Below the pieces are notes generated by a model that saw nothing but the letters and a program-made list of their open reading frames with translations, was not told where the DNA came from and did not search any database. From Lepidodermella squamata (lineage: Eukaryota > Animalia > Gastrotricha), in assembly GCA_047495785.1 (NCBI GenBank), contig JBLDXI010000055.1, forward strand, positions 1,674,001 through 1,738,000: DNA of 64,000 bases. The letters are read 5' to 3'. A program made the translations under genes and the position numbers. Below, piece after piece: positions 24,344 through 37,595 of the stretch. The stretch's first letter is position 1. Each line of letters opens with the position of its first letter.

Positions 24344-25975
24344 ACGGTTAACAAAAATGAAACCAGATCCTAAAAGTTTCGGGAAAAACAACATTAGTGG
24401 TTGATTATACCTAGTGGTAATAGTAGCAATGAATGAAATGCAAAAGTGTTTAATAGAACGCAGCTGTAGCTAGAACTCGCATAAATGCTGCATCTGAATA
24501 AAGCAGCGGATGAACTATATATATGAAAGAGCACATAAGCATACTTATATGAACTGCTGCGTATAATATATATATCAGCTAACCAGCATTCTAAATTCTG
24601 CACGCGCCTCTCGCACGCGAAACGCAATCCCACGCGATAATAATGATGCATTTTGTTTGTGCGCACTTTCATTTTGGAGCCCTCGTCGAGTGAAAAGTGG
24701 GCTTTCACGCGTTCTTTATATACGATGCGCGTTATGGCAATTTACTTGACGCAGGCATTTGCGCTCGGTCGCGTGTGCACTCTCCTAATCTCACTCGTAT
24801 GCAGTATGCACTCTTCGCATATAACTATACGAACATATGAACTTCGTAGTCCGTATATTATTATAGCGCCGTTTCGTAGCTCGGTTATTCGTGTCGTCTT
24901 GTGTCGTATTTTAGTGTATTTTAGTTCGGCAAATTCATTATTCAATCGGTTAGACGCATCGAGGAGAAGCAAAATAGCATTAAGATTCACGTGACTAAAA
25001 ATATCATTAAAATAAAATATTAATGACGAAGTGAAAATTTCGGTTTGGCATTCGAGCGGTGCCAACTACGCCTTGAGAATAAACTAAAAGATATACTTTT
25101 GACATTTTCAGAGGTCTTTTTCGGAATAGACCGCCGCTGCTTGCTTGCAGAAGAGTTGGTTATTATAGGAACCGTCGAACTTTGAACCAAGCTATGAAAG
25201 GTAAATTTGATCCTCAGATATCAAAATTGGGATTATGACGAAAATTCATCCGTAACTTTATTTACTAATTGTTAAAACTTGATAGCATACCAATGCCCGC
25301 AGAAACTCTGCAACAGTTCAACGTGTTTTTCTGATTCGAAGCTCCTTCGCATAAGTTTTATTCCCCTACGGGTTCCCTCTTGGATTCTTCCATAGCAAAG
25401 GAAAAGTTCTGAAAAAGGACGAATATTAACGAAGTTATCGCCAATTTTCTGCGTTCCGAAATTTACAACCTTTCATTGTATAAGAAAAGCAACCTGAATC
25501 TTCACGAAAAAAGTTCCAATTCCAAGATAATTCTTTTTATCTACTCTCAGCCTTTTCGAATCGAAGCTGATGGAGGTGCCACCATGAAGCTTTGACTGAT
25601 ATCGGCTTGTATACCTGTTTGATCATCTGCTGATTCACCTGTTATATATTAGCCAGTTAAAACCTTCGAATTTAATCACGGCAGACAGCAGTAAGATCAA
25701 TGGACCGTATTTTAACCTATAAAATTTCCAGAAAACCTGTATTTTATGTTTGGCAATAAAAAAGCATTCCTGTATATTTTCGACCCTGCAAGATAGCAGA
25801 TAGTAGGCGGTTTTTGATATTCAGCACATTTTTACGAGCAGTGTAAATATTACGTACGTTCCTCTTGATAGAAACTGGCGACTTATCAACGGCTAATCTG
25901 TAGTTGTTTGATATTGCCATTCAGGAAAACCAGAAATAAACCCCGGTTAATTCATTGAATAACTTGTTTTATGAA

Positions 25976-28900
25976 ATGGTACAAATCCCTAATTTCGGAT
26001 TTCTCAAACGATACTTCAAGAATATCAACGTGGCGCAGCTCCAACTTGGATTGCTCAAAAATGGTACTTTTTAGATGCTGAAATGACGTTTTTATCAATG
26101 CCGTTTTTATTAATACAGGACGTGTTATATTGGAAAAACTTGAGTTGGCAGATGAAGTTTTTGTACGAAGTCTTTGTTCTGAAATTTTACTATTTGAAAC
26201 GACTCTTTTATTTCAGGAAAATCTCAATCTCCCATTCCGGCTGATATCTGGGGAAATAAGTAATAAATTATAGTTAACACATTGCTAATGATACATTATA
26301 AGACTTGCTCAAACAGAACGAATCGAAATCGAACTCGCTTCTTGGTACCACTTGTTTTCGTCCCCGATCAAAATAACGATTGAAGGTGTTAATTTACTAC
26401 TGGCACCATTGAAGCGCGACAGTGCGAGTGACGTGGAGAGAGAGCTTACAAAATGGCGTGCACGCAGGAACAAGCAAATATCAGCTCTTGAAGCCAAGTT
26501 GCAAAATCTAACTTCTGAGATTGCCGATTCATTGGCTGAAGGTAATCACTTATTCTCATTTCTCATTACCCAGTAGTAAAGGAAAACTTCTTCAGCCAAT
26601 GCCACCGCGATTGTCCCGAAATCCTTGAAATGGATTACTAAGATCTTCTTTGCGTGGTTGAAAAATCTTCAAATTACAATTAATGGAGTGCATATCCGTT
26701 TCGAGGACCATTACACTTTCAAAGGCTTGATGATTGCGGCTGGGTGTATGATCGAAACGGCGCGCTTGAAATCGTACATACCCGACGAATCGCACAATAA
26801 TCCGACGGATTGCCTTTTCAAGCTTATCGACTTCGAAAAGTTATGCATCTACATGGATGTTATCACTACGAAACCGGGAGAGTGGTACACAGCGCTGGAC
26901 TCGACGCTACAACGAATGACAAACGACATTTACGAGCTGACATCTCGGTACAGCGGAAAGCAATCCAAGTAATAGTTGAGCAGAGTACTGGATAGGCATT
27001 TGATTTCAATTTCTTTCGCTTTATATAGGCACTCGTTTTTGTTATGGCCAATGACAATCGCCGCCCAACTCACAGTCAATACTCGTCCTGAATTGAACGG
27101 ATATCAAGATGCTGCTGTGGACTTTCAGCTGCATTTAGATTCGCTGCCCCTTCAGATGAATCGAGCTCAGTTGCAATCTGCCGTCCAAATGGTCGACAGT
27201 TTGGCCGGGAAAACAAAAGATCGCTATTGGAAGTACAGACCGACTGAACCTTGCCGCGGCTCGGCATCAGCTCGGAAATGGTTATATGCTTTCTTTCACA
27301 TTACTTGCCTTAATCTTTTTGTTCCCCCTATGCAGGTGGCGTTATGCTGTCAACAGTGTAATGGAGCAATCTCGTGGCGGAGTAGGATTTTCGGTGGATA
27401 GGGCTCTCGCTCATATGCGGACATGTCGCAAATATCGCCAATTATACGCCAAATCCCTTTCATTGAATAACGAGACTGAAGCAAGCTCTCGTTTGATGAA
27501 ATCACTCATCGCCTTGGAAGACCAGCTAGAACCTTTTTCAATCGTGCTGCACCGCAGTCTAGCCCGGAAAGCGATCGAGCGGCGTAGAGATGAAGGTCAA
27601 AGAAATCAGACTTGGTGGTCTTGGTTATCGCCCTTCGCTAGCTTTGCCGAAGCTTCGGATAAAGAACTCGAAGCCAATTTAACCGATGAAGACAAAATCC
27701 AACTATCCGAGCAAATAGGTTCAGCCGAATTAGTTTACAACGGCAATTCACCAGTGAACATCTCCGTAACTGTCAAGTGCGAAATGTTGGAAATAGATCT
27801 GGCGAACAACCTGGTGTCTGTTGTCAGAACGAGAATCGACCGTTTGGACTTCAAACTCGCAAGTAGAAATAACAGCTCGATTCAGCTGGTGGCAAGCTGT
27901 CTGCGAGTTGGCGTTAGTGGTGTGAATGGCGCCAGTTTGCTAGAAGCGCCTATCAAACAGCTAGCGGGCGTTATATCAGCGGCGAAATTGCTCAACTTTG
28001 CGTATGATTCGAATTCTGGCAACTCTTCAGAACCGAAAATCGAAATAGAGAGTCAGCCTGTTGCCGTAATAATTCATCCTGATTCATTGAAAGAACTCCT
28101 CAATTTCTTTTCGTTCCCTGAGGTCAACACGTAAATAATATTTATATCTAAAAATTCTCCAAACTTTAAAGGCATTCATTTCAGTTTGAATGAAATGGCA
28201 GCGAATGCAGTCTATGATCTTACCGAAAAATCAGTTGGGTTCGCAGTTTCGGTGCTGCAAAGCCGCAACTTCCCAAAGATCAAAGTGAAACTGAGGGGCG
28301 GCTACCTCGTTATACCCGAGAGCGGAAACATGGACACATCTGAACGTCTACTCATAGCAGATTTCGGTTCATTTTCAATTAAATCTCGAAACAAAGAAAT
28401 CCAGTCTCCAACGTTTTCCAAATCACCGCTGTCTCGGAATGTCGATGAACTTCGAAATCATTCCTACAACAGAATGACTTTCTCAAGTGAGGCTTTGCTT
28501 TAACGGGAAAACTTTAACTTTAGATTTCACATTTCAGTTCGAAGTGTTCAGGTTTTTTTGAAAACGAACGCTGACACCTGGTGGCAACAGGATGATCCGT
28601 CTATCAGTTATCTTTTCCAACCAGTTCACCTTTTGGGCGGCATCGGCATGTGTGTTATCCAAGACCCACGTCTACCGAAAACCATCTTTGAACTGGGTCT
28701 CAACAACGAAAAGCATCCCCGCGGCTTCATCGTCGACATGAGCGGCTCCACGTTGAAGAGTGCCGTCGAGATATCCGACTCAATTTTGACGTCTATTAGG
28801 TCCGCGGAGAAAACTGACATCATGGAGTATTCATATTTGCCAGCGCAGGGAAATAGCGACGACAAAAGAGCTTTGGCTATGATGTTTTCTAAGCCAGCCC

Positions 28901-31900
28901 CTGTTGCTAAGCTGCTCGAAGTCTCGCTTAAATTCAACAGTGTTACGTTAAACTTCAAGGACTCTATCGCCACAATCCGCTTATCAGTCGACCAAATACG
29001 ATTTGACATTGAAACTGATGACCACGATACTGCTGGTACTTTCAGTATGCAATCTTTTTCCATTCAGGTACAATTAAAGATTTAAAAAAATTAACTTAAT
29101 ATCAACTTGCTCTTCAACGTAGCATCAGAGAGATAAGACAGCCATTCCGAATCTGGTTGCTTCAGGTGGCGAGAAAAGCCATTCGGAGACAAGTGATCCC
29201 TATTTGATTGTTAATTATCGAAAATGCGATCCGCGAAGTCCCCACTTTGCTAAACGAGAACTTCAACTTTCTCTGGCTATTGGCTCCTTTGCAGGAGTTC
29301 TTCATCGCGAAGCCATGGTCGATTTTATGCGTATTTACAAAGAAGTGGCTACTTTGCTACTGCCTGGTGAAACATCGCAAGTAGACCAGGCTACACCAGC
29401 TGATTTCATTCCTAGTAGACGGCTCAGCGAGCAAAGTCAGCCTTTCTTTATATTTTAATGGCAGGAAAAAATTCTTGTTCAAAGCAGGTTTCATCGGAAG
29501 CTCTCGGGTCGACACGGCTTTGACATTCGCTGCGACCGTAACCTTCAAAGAAATTAACATCGGCTTGAAAGCCGACCACATCGGTCATTTTGGTTCATTT
29601 GAGTTGCGTCACACTAAAGTGTTGCTAGATCAATCTCGCAAGGACACCGCTGTCGCAATAAATTTGAGCGAAATTAAAGGAGAATCCTCTGATGCGAGAG
29701 ACCGAAACGAGCCTTTGTTGTATTCAACATCCGGCAAGGTTATACTTCTGTTATACCGTCACAGAGATATATTTTTCAATTAAATAGGAACTTGGAAACA
29801 TTCGAATTACTGTACCTCGCAGTACAGGACGATTGAAACCTCGAGATCCGACGATTGCTGGACGTATTGCTGATTTCAAATTGTTTTTATCGCCTCGGTT
29901 CTTGCTGAACATGGCAGATTATCTTCGAGGTTTCGACTCAACGAAGTTGGCTGCGGCTGAATCGACTGCAAATAGCACAAACGCGCTCAGGTTTTCGATC
30001 CAACTCGAAATGAACGATGCTGTGCTTGTGATACCGCGTAGCACTCATTACTTTTTCCTCTTTCACCTTGGTGAAATGAAGATAACCAGAGAAACCTACG
30101 GCGGATTAACTTTACAAGCCATTGGGTTCCAACTTGATCGGATTGCTGGGCTTGACCTTAATATCCAAGACCTGATTTATTCTCTGAACGCTGAATATAA
30201 GTTCAGTTTAATTTCACCAATGGACTTCACTATTGCTCCAGCTGGCGACGAGCTTGAAGCAAGAAGTTCCAAAATTTTGCTTAAGGCTTCATCAGCAAAG
30301 GTTTGCTAATCCGCTATTCATTATTTCTCGAGCGGCCATAATGTTCTTCAGATATCTCTACGGCGAGATGACTACCTTGCGTTTTTCGACATCGCCAACC
30401 TTGCAACCTCAATTGTGTCAGCGTTCAATCCAAAAGAAGTTCTGCAACAAGTCGAGGCTACGGTACACAGCCAAATAACAACTCGAAGTTCTATCGACTC
30501 CGATCTGCGAGCTGATTCTGAAGTGTCAATTTTCATGTAATAATTATTAATTACAAAATTCGTCCGCTCATGCCCCTGAGCTGCATTTAGGTGTGACTTT
30601 GGTACCATCAACCTGCAGCTGCTCAGTGAAGATGTGGTTATTAGTCGCATTGTTGCACGTAACTTCAACGTCACCTTAAATTTGTTCGCCGATTCGAGGA
30701 AAGAAATCAAAGCTTCACTTGAAGAATGCTGCATTGAAAATGGTATCGGGCTAAAAATTTCAAGGTCAGACTGAAATCTGAAAGTTATAGGAAACTCTAT
30801 TACCCATTTCTTTTCTATTAGGAACTGGATATCCGATGATGTAATTCGACCTCCTTCAAAGGTATTATAAGCCAACCTACATTAATAACCAAAGCTGACT
30901 GAATTTAACATGCTAGTTTTTGGTCGTTCAATTTGATTGGTGCTCGGACTCCATGAAGCTGGCGCTTGATTTCGGTAACTTGGTTACTACGGCTGATCTA
31001 GCTCTGGGTAGCCAGCTACTATCGTTTTTCTCGAGCGATAAAAGAAATTCAGAAGAGAACTCGACAAGAATAGATTTCGCGCTCCGAATGGCTAAAAGTA
31101 GGCTGCTCTTCCCCAGCGATCTATCTCACCCGGTTTCATCCTCTTGCATGTCTGCTATCGAGCTTGAAATGGTTTCCAACTTCGAATTTGGCAAAGTGTT
31201 GCAATCCCATTCGATTAGCTTTCGCAATTTGGCCTTATATGCGGGATCTATCAGCGACCTATCCATTGAAACAACTGATATTGGCAATCTCTTGCGCATT
31301 ATAAAAGCTTGGCGTAGCTTAAAAATCTTGATCAACAGAGATACTAACGGTCAAACCATCGCAGTCCAAAGCAGCGACATATCGATGACCTTCACGCCCT
31401 TCGCCATCCAATCAGTCAACAATTTAATGCAAGGAATTATCCTAACCTCATCACCTTCGAAGCAAGTCTCAACAGCAGCTGGTCCCATTCGACGTATTGC
31501 TGATGAAGAGGTAGAGCTCGCGAAAATCTATCCTCTTGCAATGTTTCGCCTTGATTGCTTTGAATCTGACACTGTTGTGAAGAGTAAGCTTAAATGAATC
31601 GCCAACCCTGCCCTCTATAAGCAGTCTCTTTAGCTTCGAGGGCATCTATCGCCCATCAGCAGTATCCTCCAACCCAATGTTCTCTGTCGATATCTTGTCT
31701 AACAGTCAAGCTCAGCAAAGAAAAAACCCTCGCGCCTCTGCTTCAGCTGAGTAATTCATTATTAAGTATCTTTTTTACGTGGTACATTTTCTCTACTGCA
31801 GGGACTTCCTTGGAATCGATGTTGACGATCAACACTGATAAGGTAGATGGTAACGTTAACTTCGATTTCGAAATGGGCTACTACAACAATCGTATCCACG

Positions 31901-34900
31901 TTTGGGAGCCTTTGATCGAGCCGGTTGAGAATACATCGAAAATCCTAGCCCACCCTATGCAGCGGGTTCTCAATGCAGCCAAGCGGCACCGTAGAGCCAA
32001 ATTCATGCTGCTGTTAAGTCGCCACGTAGATTTTTCACGCAACCGCCTGACAAGTGATGTTGTCGACTATTGTGATGAGCCAGATTCGCCCCTAGTCTAC
32101 GATGTGCCGGATCCTGTGACATCAGTTTCGATGGAGAGCTCCGAGTCAATTCAACTGGTGTTGTCTAAAGTCGGCCTGGCTGTTCTGACCGAGGCTGCGA
32201 GCTGCATCGCTAAAGGCTTGAGTCCACTCCCCAACGATCAACCATCCATCGAGCCAAGCCAAATTAAAATAATCAACTCTAGCAATACGATGCATTTCGA
32301 GAGTAAAATTGATGTACGCGTGATACTTCGAGCCGAACCTGGAGTTCGATTTATCGACGTGAAATCTCGGCAGCCTGTTTTGTCGAGCGTAGGCTGCAGC
32401 CAGATCGTTTTGACACCAAACAGTGGCGTAGTTTCTGTTGCGCTAATTTCAGCGGAGAAAAGACGGCCTTCACTGTCAGGAAAGCGCGACACATGCATAT
32501 CCTACGACAACTCCAAAAGCTACCGTTTCCAACTAATTGTAAATTTTTTGCTTCCGGTCATTTTACAGTGTTAAAGCATGATATATGTATGTATTAAGGT
32601 GGATGGTTTTGAGAATGACTTTTTGGAAATTGTTGTTGCTGGGCCTTCCAGCTCGCTCCACGACTTGGGCGAGAAGCAACTACGATGCATTACTGTGAAG
32701 AATTCGGACGAATCTACTTCAGTAACAATAGCCAGTTCGATTCGTATATTCAATCATCTTTCCGAAAGTTTCACGGTCAGCAGCGTCACGATGCCTGAAT
32801 TTCCAATCTCCATAACAGCAGGTGGACAGGGTTTCATCCCATTTTCGGCTATAAATCCTCGCGCCTTGAATGAACTGCTGATAACTCCGTGCAGCGAAAA
32901 ATGGCAAGAATTTTAGAATTACTATAACGACTGTTTACCTCTTCATCTAACAGGCCCGAGATAGCTGCTCAGTCTGTGAAACTCAAACCGTATTCCGAGC
33001 GCTGCATTTTAGCGTATGCATCAGCAAAACACGAACCCGTTTACATTTCAGTTAGTTTTCGGCTCCAGCTATTAATTTTTAATTAACATGCATTTTCAAT
33101 TCAGGTTTCAACTGAAGCCCACTTTATTGTTAATAATCCACATTTGGGCCATGCGTCAGCCGATGTCCACCTTGCGAATCCTGTCGTAGTTAGAAACCTA
33201 TTGCCATACTCGCTGGTCGTTACTGAAGAAATTAGCCATGATACGGTGCCATTGACTGTGGCTCCCGGATGCCAACTAGGCCTAAATCACACCTGCTCAA
33301 ATAACGAGGCGTCAAATCTTTCATTGCAGGTTCGTTCAACTGCTCATTGCTAGTAACTCTTTTCTATCTCTCTATTTTTAGCTGCCAGCATACTCAGGCC
33401 GCTGCTGGGTAGCCTCCATCGCCGCTGTCAGTTTAAGGCCAAATGAGTCTTCCACAATAACGTTTGCCTGTCGCGAATCCCCGACGGAAAGCTTGGTAAG
33501 TGCTCAGATTCCTTATATTTCCAACCTTTCAGCCATTAACGGTTTTCTTTAGGAAATCAACGTGATTACTACGTCTGAGACAAATGGATCGCTCATTGTG
33601 TCACTGTACGCTAGCTATTGGGCTGTAAATTGCACCCAGATGCCCATCACATACAAGGTTTGCGACGTAATTGCACCTATCGATACCAATCTATTTTATG
33701 TAACTGCCTTTTTTTAGACTAAACATCGTGTGTATTCGCCGCATGATCCTAGGAGCCAGGCTCCTGTCCTGCTACATCTCGGCAACGAAACATCCCCAGA
33801 AAAGCGAAAGGTTCGTATCTATTTTGCCCTTCACAGCATTATCCACAATACTAATACCGTTTTGAAAGATTCGCATTAGAGTTGATGAGGCTTCTTGGAG
33901 TCATAAATTCCCGGTTGATGGTGTAGGTTCAGTGACCACTGTGGAATGCCTGAACACAATGGAAAGAAAGGCTGGTACCAGTCAAGCAGCTTGTTGTGCT
34001 AGCAACGCCCCGACGTCGAAATTCATCGTGGGGTTGTCTTCTGAATTCGCCAGCTTCAAACTGACCAAGATCGTCACGTTTACGCCATATTTTTTTCTCG
34101 TTAACAAATGCCCGGTAGGTACAGTAGCAGCGTCTCATAAGCTACAAAATTCAGTTTAAAATTGTATGTATAGTTTCCATTGGAATGCGAAGAAACCTGC
34201 CCGAACTCATCCGTTTATACTCTGAAGCCAAATGATGACGTAATTTTACATTCGTCGCAAATTTTGCCGAGTCCTTCATTTTTTCATTGCAGTGCATACC
34301 GTTTTGGCCTGTCGAGGTTGATCCCAAGAAGCAGCAACTAGTTTTGAAAGATCCAAGATCGATGGAACAGACCAAGCCGTTCCGTTACGGTGACAAAAAT
34401 GGTCTTTTGCTCAAGCTCGGTTCGTCAGTAAGTTGAGCCGCAATACTTGAGCGTATTAAATTTTACGGGTTGCCTTGAAGAATACTGGTGTTAACGTTAC
34501 TTTCAATGTCTTCGATGGCGCTGTGCATATAACTTTTGAGCTGTACACCGATGGTCTAGCCCCAATCCTCCTCGTCAACAATATCGAGTCTTTATCTGTA
34601 AAATATTGGCAAGGAAATAATGCTGCTGATTCCGTTTCTGAGCTTGGTCATAATGAGGTGAGCTTAATCTTGAACTCGAAGCTTGAATTCATTGTGTAAT
34701 ATGATTTAGGCTTCGTTATTCTGTTGGCCGAAACCTGATCAGAGCCCTGTGCTTAAGTGGCAGATTGACCAGTTGAGGAGGTCTGATGGCTCTCCGCTTT
34801 GTAATGAGGTAAAGCTAAGTGAATGTGAGACCGAAACCTTTCTGCTGGCTGATGGAACTGAAGCTTACTGGGTAACATTCATTGACAGGAATCAGCAGCG

Positions 34901-37062
34901 TGTGCTGCTGTTTTCTAAAAACCAATCAGCTATGAACAGGTGAGTACAAAAAGTAGTATTTTCTAACATCTGACCGCTCTCGTCTCGTATCGGATAGGAT
35001 CCTAAAATCTCAAGGTGGCCTTGAGCAGCTTTCATTTGAGCTGACCCTTGCTATTGCGTCCATTGGTATCTCTCTCGTTGACAATGATCGCCGACGAGAA
35101 GTGGCTTACATGGGCATTTCGCCGTCGAAAGCTTGGCAGTATCAAAATGCTGGCGAAGGAAGGCCAACGTGGATTCCATTCAACTCGAAACAAGAGCTTG
35201 TATTGGAGCGAGAATTCGCCAAGCTTTCTGAATTTCCCGACCCTGCAGCAGCTGAATTAATCTCTCTTGGGAAAAATATCGCGGTGAGATGGTTGCTAAA
35301 TTTTGGTACAACGGAATGCATTTTTTTCAACTTTCAGGTTGACTTGAAATCGATGAAAATGCGCAAATATCGAAAGGACATAGCGATAAGGCGGTTGTTC
35401 CAGCCTGGCATGTGGACTAAAATTGGCTACTCGAACCGCCAATTTCGCATTCATTACAAGCTGCATCAATTGCAGATTGACAACCAAAACCCAGACGCGC
35501 CTTTCCCTACAGCTCTCCACCACCCTTCTCAAGCAGCGAGACATGGCCTTGACGTCGACCGTTTTGTACCATTCATGGAAATCAGCGTGCTTCTCCAGAT
35601 GCAATCCTCCTCCCAAATGCTTGTCTACAAGTACTTCAAAGTGCTCGTGCAAGAGATGGCCGTCAAAGTTGACTTTGTTTTCCTCAGTCATCTCTACGCT
35701 TTTTTCACCCCAATTAATTTGGATAGCGCTGATTCAGCGATGCTTGCAGCCGCTGTTCAGTCTGATATCAGGCGGACTGAGTTACCGCTACAAAACTGTC
35801 ATCTTGGCCCTCAGTTCACCACAGGGTTAAAACGGCTTTTCGAGTCATTGCACGTCTCTCCCTTGAAGATTAGGCTCAGCTTCTCGCCTATCAGGAAGTA
35901 TGGCCCTGGTCCGGGTGATGAACACGCATCGCTCCTTGGCAGTTTTGGAAATGCCGCGTTGTCTTCGATTGGGCTTGTGACAGGAGAGGTCAAAGATGTC
36001 GTATTCAGGCTCGGCTATTTTGAGCGATTTTCGACATTCATGACATGGCCGCAGCTTCTCAATGCGCTCTCATGGCATTACTCGCAGCAAGCACTTAAAC
36101 AGTTCTACTCTGTGGTGATGGGCCTCGATCTTCTCGGGAATCCATCGAGTATCGCTCGAGGATTCGCTGACGGAATTGAAACTCTGTTTTACGAACCTAT
36201 AGAGGGAGCTATACAAGGCCCGGATGAGTTAGCTCGGGGAATGGTGCGCGGTTTGCGAGGGTTTTTGGGGAAAACTGTCGGAACAGTCTCCGGTGGCCTT
36301 GGTAAAGTCACCGGGACAGTGGGTCAAGCTATCGTAAAGCTGACGTTTGACAAGGAGTTTCAACATGAGCGACGGCTAGGTAGGCTTCGCAATGGTCAGT
36401 CAGCGACCCAGAACTTCGTGCAGGGAGTTACAAGCCTAGGCAGCGGCTTCAAACACGGCGCCAGTGGGCTTTTGTTGAAGCCGATTCAAGGTGCGAGGCA
36501 AGGTGGGTTTTTCGGCTTCATTAAAGGACTCGGAGTTGGAACAGTCGGCGCTGTTGTTCGACCAACAATCGGCTTGATAGATTTTACCAGCCACTCGTTC
36601 GACACGGTTCAACGAATCATGGACTCTGTTGAAGAGTGCTACCAACTACGGCCGCTGAGGCTTCTCGGAAAAGATGGGTCTATTCGGCCGTACGTTTTCG
36701 CAGACGCACAAGTTAACGCCATCCTGATCGTCGCTGCTAAAGGCCGCTTTCGAGCCGAACGATATGTAACGCATCTGCTGTTACAAGAGGATGGCAAGCG
36801 CTTGTTGGTCGCCACAGAAATTGGCCTGCACTGCTTATCGTCAGCCTCGGGCTGGTTCGACAAGTGGACACTTGAATTCAGCGGATCGTGGTCAGATATT
36901 GAGAGTGATCCTAAACTGGACGCGAACAAATCTTCGATTATTGTCAAGCTATTCGGTAGCCAAGAACTGCCGATTTCGCACGCACTAACAAATGACGATG
37001 TGGCTCTAATTCAAGAATTTATTGCAGTTTTATCACATTTGCGCCGAACAAATAACCGCTGA
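25976..37062 (+). CDS. VPS13: VPS13A/C-like bridge lipid-transfer protein, many short introns, roughly 3,000 aa
   Basis: Chorein-N (RYFKNINVAQLQLGL..GRVILEKLEL, NLQITINGVHIRFED), YYNNRIHVWEPLIEP, VAB repeats (PVVVRNLLPY, LTKIVTFTPYFFLVN), QLQIDNQ, FESLHVSPLKI, GLDLLGNP..LFYEP ATG2_C helices and a C-terminal PH-like region. Internal exon boundaries were not all resolved. Confidence 0.92.
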
Positions 37063-37595
37063 AAATAAAAACGCTTCCGCTTGGTACTATGACTTTTTAA
37101 CTCTAAAGCTAGAGCCTAAAATTGTCGTTTCGCCCAGGTGGGCGTCGCAGGCGTAAATCACAGTTTAACCTTACACAATTTGCTGTTGACCGGCTTTTAT
37201 AATAGAGTAATCAGTGATACGGTTGGGATATGTACCTTATCACTGCTCTTGAAATTTACTCCATAACACGTGTTCTTTCTACACATTATCAAGTTTTCGA
37301 GATATCGCAACCGTGTCATAGATAGTGTTGCACTTAAACCTATGAACCTAATTCCTGCCATGGTTGATAGGACCCTATTCTACGTTTTAAAAACACAAGT
37401 AGCTATAGCCCCTCTACACGACAACAATATGTCATGACTAATATGTTGTGTAAAATATAACTTGTTAATTTTACTCTCAAGCCATTCCAAACCGATGAAT
37501 GTTTTTCTTATTCTCTTGTTGGCTCAAACAAATTAACTCATTCGAAATCGTCATATTCAAATTTTTTAGGTTTCTAAAACCTCCAAAGTTTTACT

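Noticed and set aside
24394-25970. Short ORFs and possible micro-exons between the DUF3504 gene and VPS13; possible Crypton terminus
   Set aside because: No recognisable protein family, terminal repeat or unique splice model can be supported.
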